This document shows positions 63,064 through 64,000 of a stretch of 64,000 bases of DNA, in pieces (the first letter of the stretch is position 1; every line of letters begins with the position of its first letter). Source of the DNA: Paraspadella gotoi. Taxonomy: Eukaryota; Animalia; Chaetognatha. A program made the position numbers and the translations under genes. Under the pieces are notes generated by a model. That model worked only from the letters and a program-made list of their open reading frames with translations. It was not told the origin of the DNA and searched no databases. The stretch spans positions 8,433,398-8,497,397 of the forward strand of contig CM119263.1 of the NCBI GenBank assembly GCA_051294375.1, written 5' to 3'.

Positions 63064-63986
63064 TCTCCTCTCTCTCTCTCTAACTTAATGTGTAGAGCAT
63101 TTTTGATAATGTTTTTCAAAGCTGATGAAGACTCGAATCAACAGAGTCGAAACATGTACTATGACAATAAAAATCGTTTGTATTGGCAAACAATAAACAA
63201 TTCCTAACAATTTAATTATAAATTTTGCAATTTACGCAGTAGGTAATATTTAGAAACAGTACTAACCCTATGTATATATGTTAAAATTTAAAAATAGTGT
63301 TTTGTAAGATTTTTTTACAGATTTGGATTCGTTATGAAAAAATAAAAATAACTTTTTTAAAAATCATTTTTTTAAGTGAGTAAAAAATCAGTGAAACTGA
63401 TATTTATATCTAATAAATATAGTTTTTTTTATTTTTAACCTTCTTAATGGAAGATTTCTTAAAAATGGTTTATATTTATATTAACTTTTAATGAGGAATT
63501 CAAACCTGCCGTCAAAATTAAGAAAAATCTATTTTATATATAATACTGCGAAAATTAAAGAATATAAAATTTATATTTCAACATTAATAATATTACGTAC
63601 GTTATTCATAATTGCTTTCAAAATTTTCATATGTAACTTTCAATACGCTCTACTGTCCAGTAAGGCGGAACAAAGTTAACGTTCCCAGAGATAAATTTGT
63701 CAAAAATTTTTAGATTTTAAGTATATTTAATAATATAGAAGCATTAGAAGTATAAGAAGTATTACTATAAATAATAAAAAAAGTGTAATTTAATTGTTTT
63801 AATGGATTCTGTTAGAGCTTAACAAAATAAATAAAAAAATATTATTTTACTGAAGAAACAGTATTAATTGTTATGAGTTATAGACAAAAATTCAATATAA
63901 AGAGTCCCTGAGCTTCGAATCACCGTGTTAACAGGCGGGTTAAGCGCCCCATCCCTCTTAACCCGCCTGTAAAACAGTGTTACAGC
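60465..63986. repeat. Large inverted duplication: arms 60465-62039 and 62412-63986, 372-bp spacer
   Basis: Arms are near-identical reverse complements, differing mainly in (GA)n length and small indels. Confidence 0.92.
61250..62067 (-). mobile_element. Penelope-like element 3' end with hammerhead core (61291-61333); mirror copy 62412-63200 with core 63119-63161
   Basis: AG-CTGATGA-A-GACTC-gaatcaaca-GAGTC-GAAA-CATG-TA-CT, a (CT)n tract, and an ORF tail homologous to 5360-5652. Confidence 0.7.
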
Positions 63987-64000
63987 ATACTCTCTCTCTG

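Noticed and set aside
61281-63207. SLSLSL-repeat proteins
   Set aside because: Translations of (CT)n microsatellites inside a repeat element.

Overview
Eukaryotic window, probably from an invertebrate animal with a compact genome: GC-rich exons, mostly 45-100 nt AT-rich GT-AG introns and abundant CpG. I built the gene models by hand from splice sites and reading-frame phases; they have no transcript support. From left to right: (1) two uncharacterised low-complexity minus-strand genes, one running off the left edge and one possibly decaying. (2) A 44-exon plus-strand gene of roughly 4,500 aa (10022-32400). It joins a divergent Ski/Sno/Dac domain and a Ski-type SAND-like zinc module with C2H2 fingers, two short-linker CXXC fingers, an AT-hook and two duplicated exons carrying DHEY (HCF-1-binding-type) motifs. 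(3) PDIA4/ERp72, whose 9.7 kb intron 5 holds two antisense genes: a long-chain acyl-CoA synthetase and a small secreted H-type-lectin-like protein. (4) A KDEL-ending CRELD gene about 200 bp after the PDIA4 poly(A) signal. (5) An intron-containing condensation-domain (HHxxxD) acyltransferase with duplicated alternative first-exon pairs, whose intron 3 holds a complete same-strand secreted 3xPAN/Apple gene. Repeats include MITEs (two with TA target duplications), DINE/Helentron-like elements, a tRNA-Gly-derived SINE, DIRS and LINE RT remnants, and Penelope-like terminal repeats carrying eight minimal hammerhead-ribozyme cores with compensatory stem changes. The window ends in a 1.57 kb-arm inverted duplication that may be an assembly artefact.
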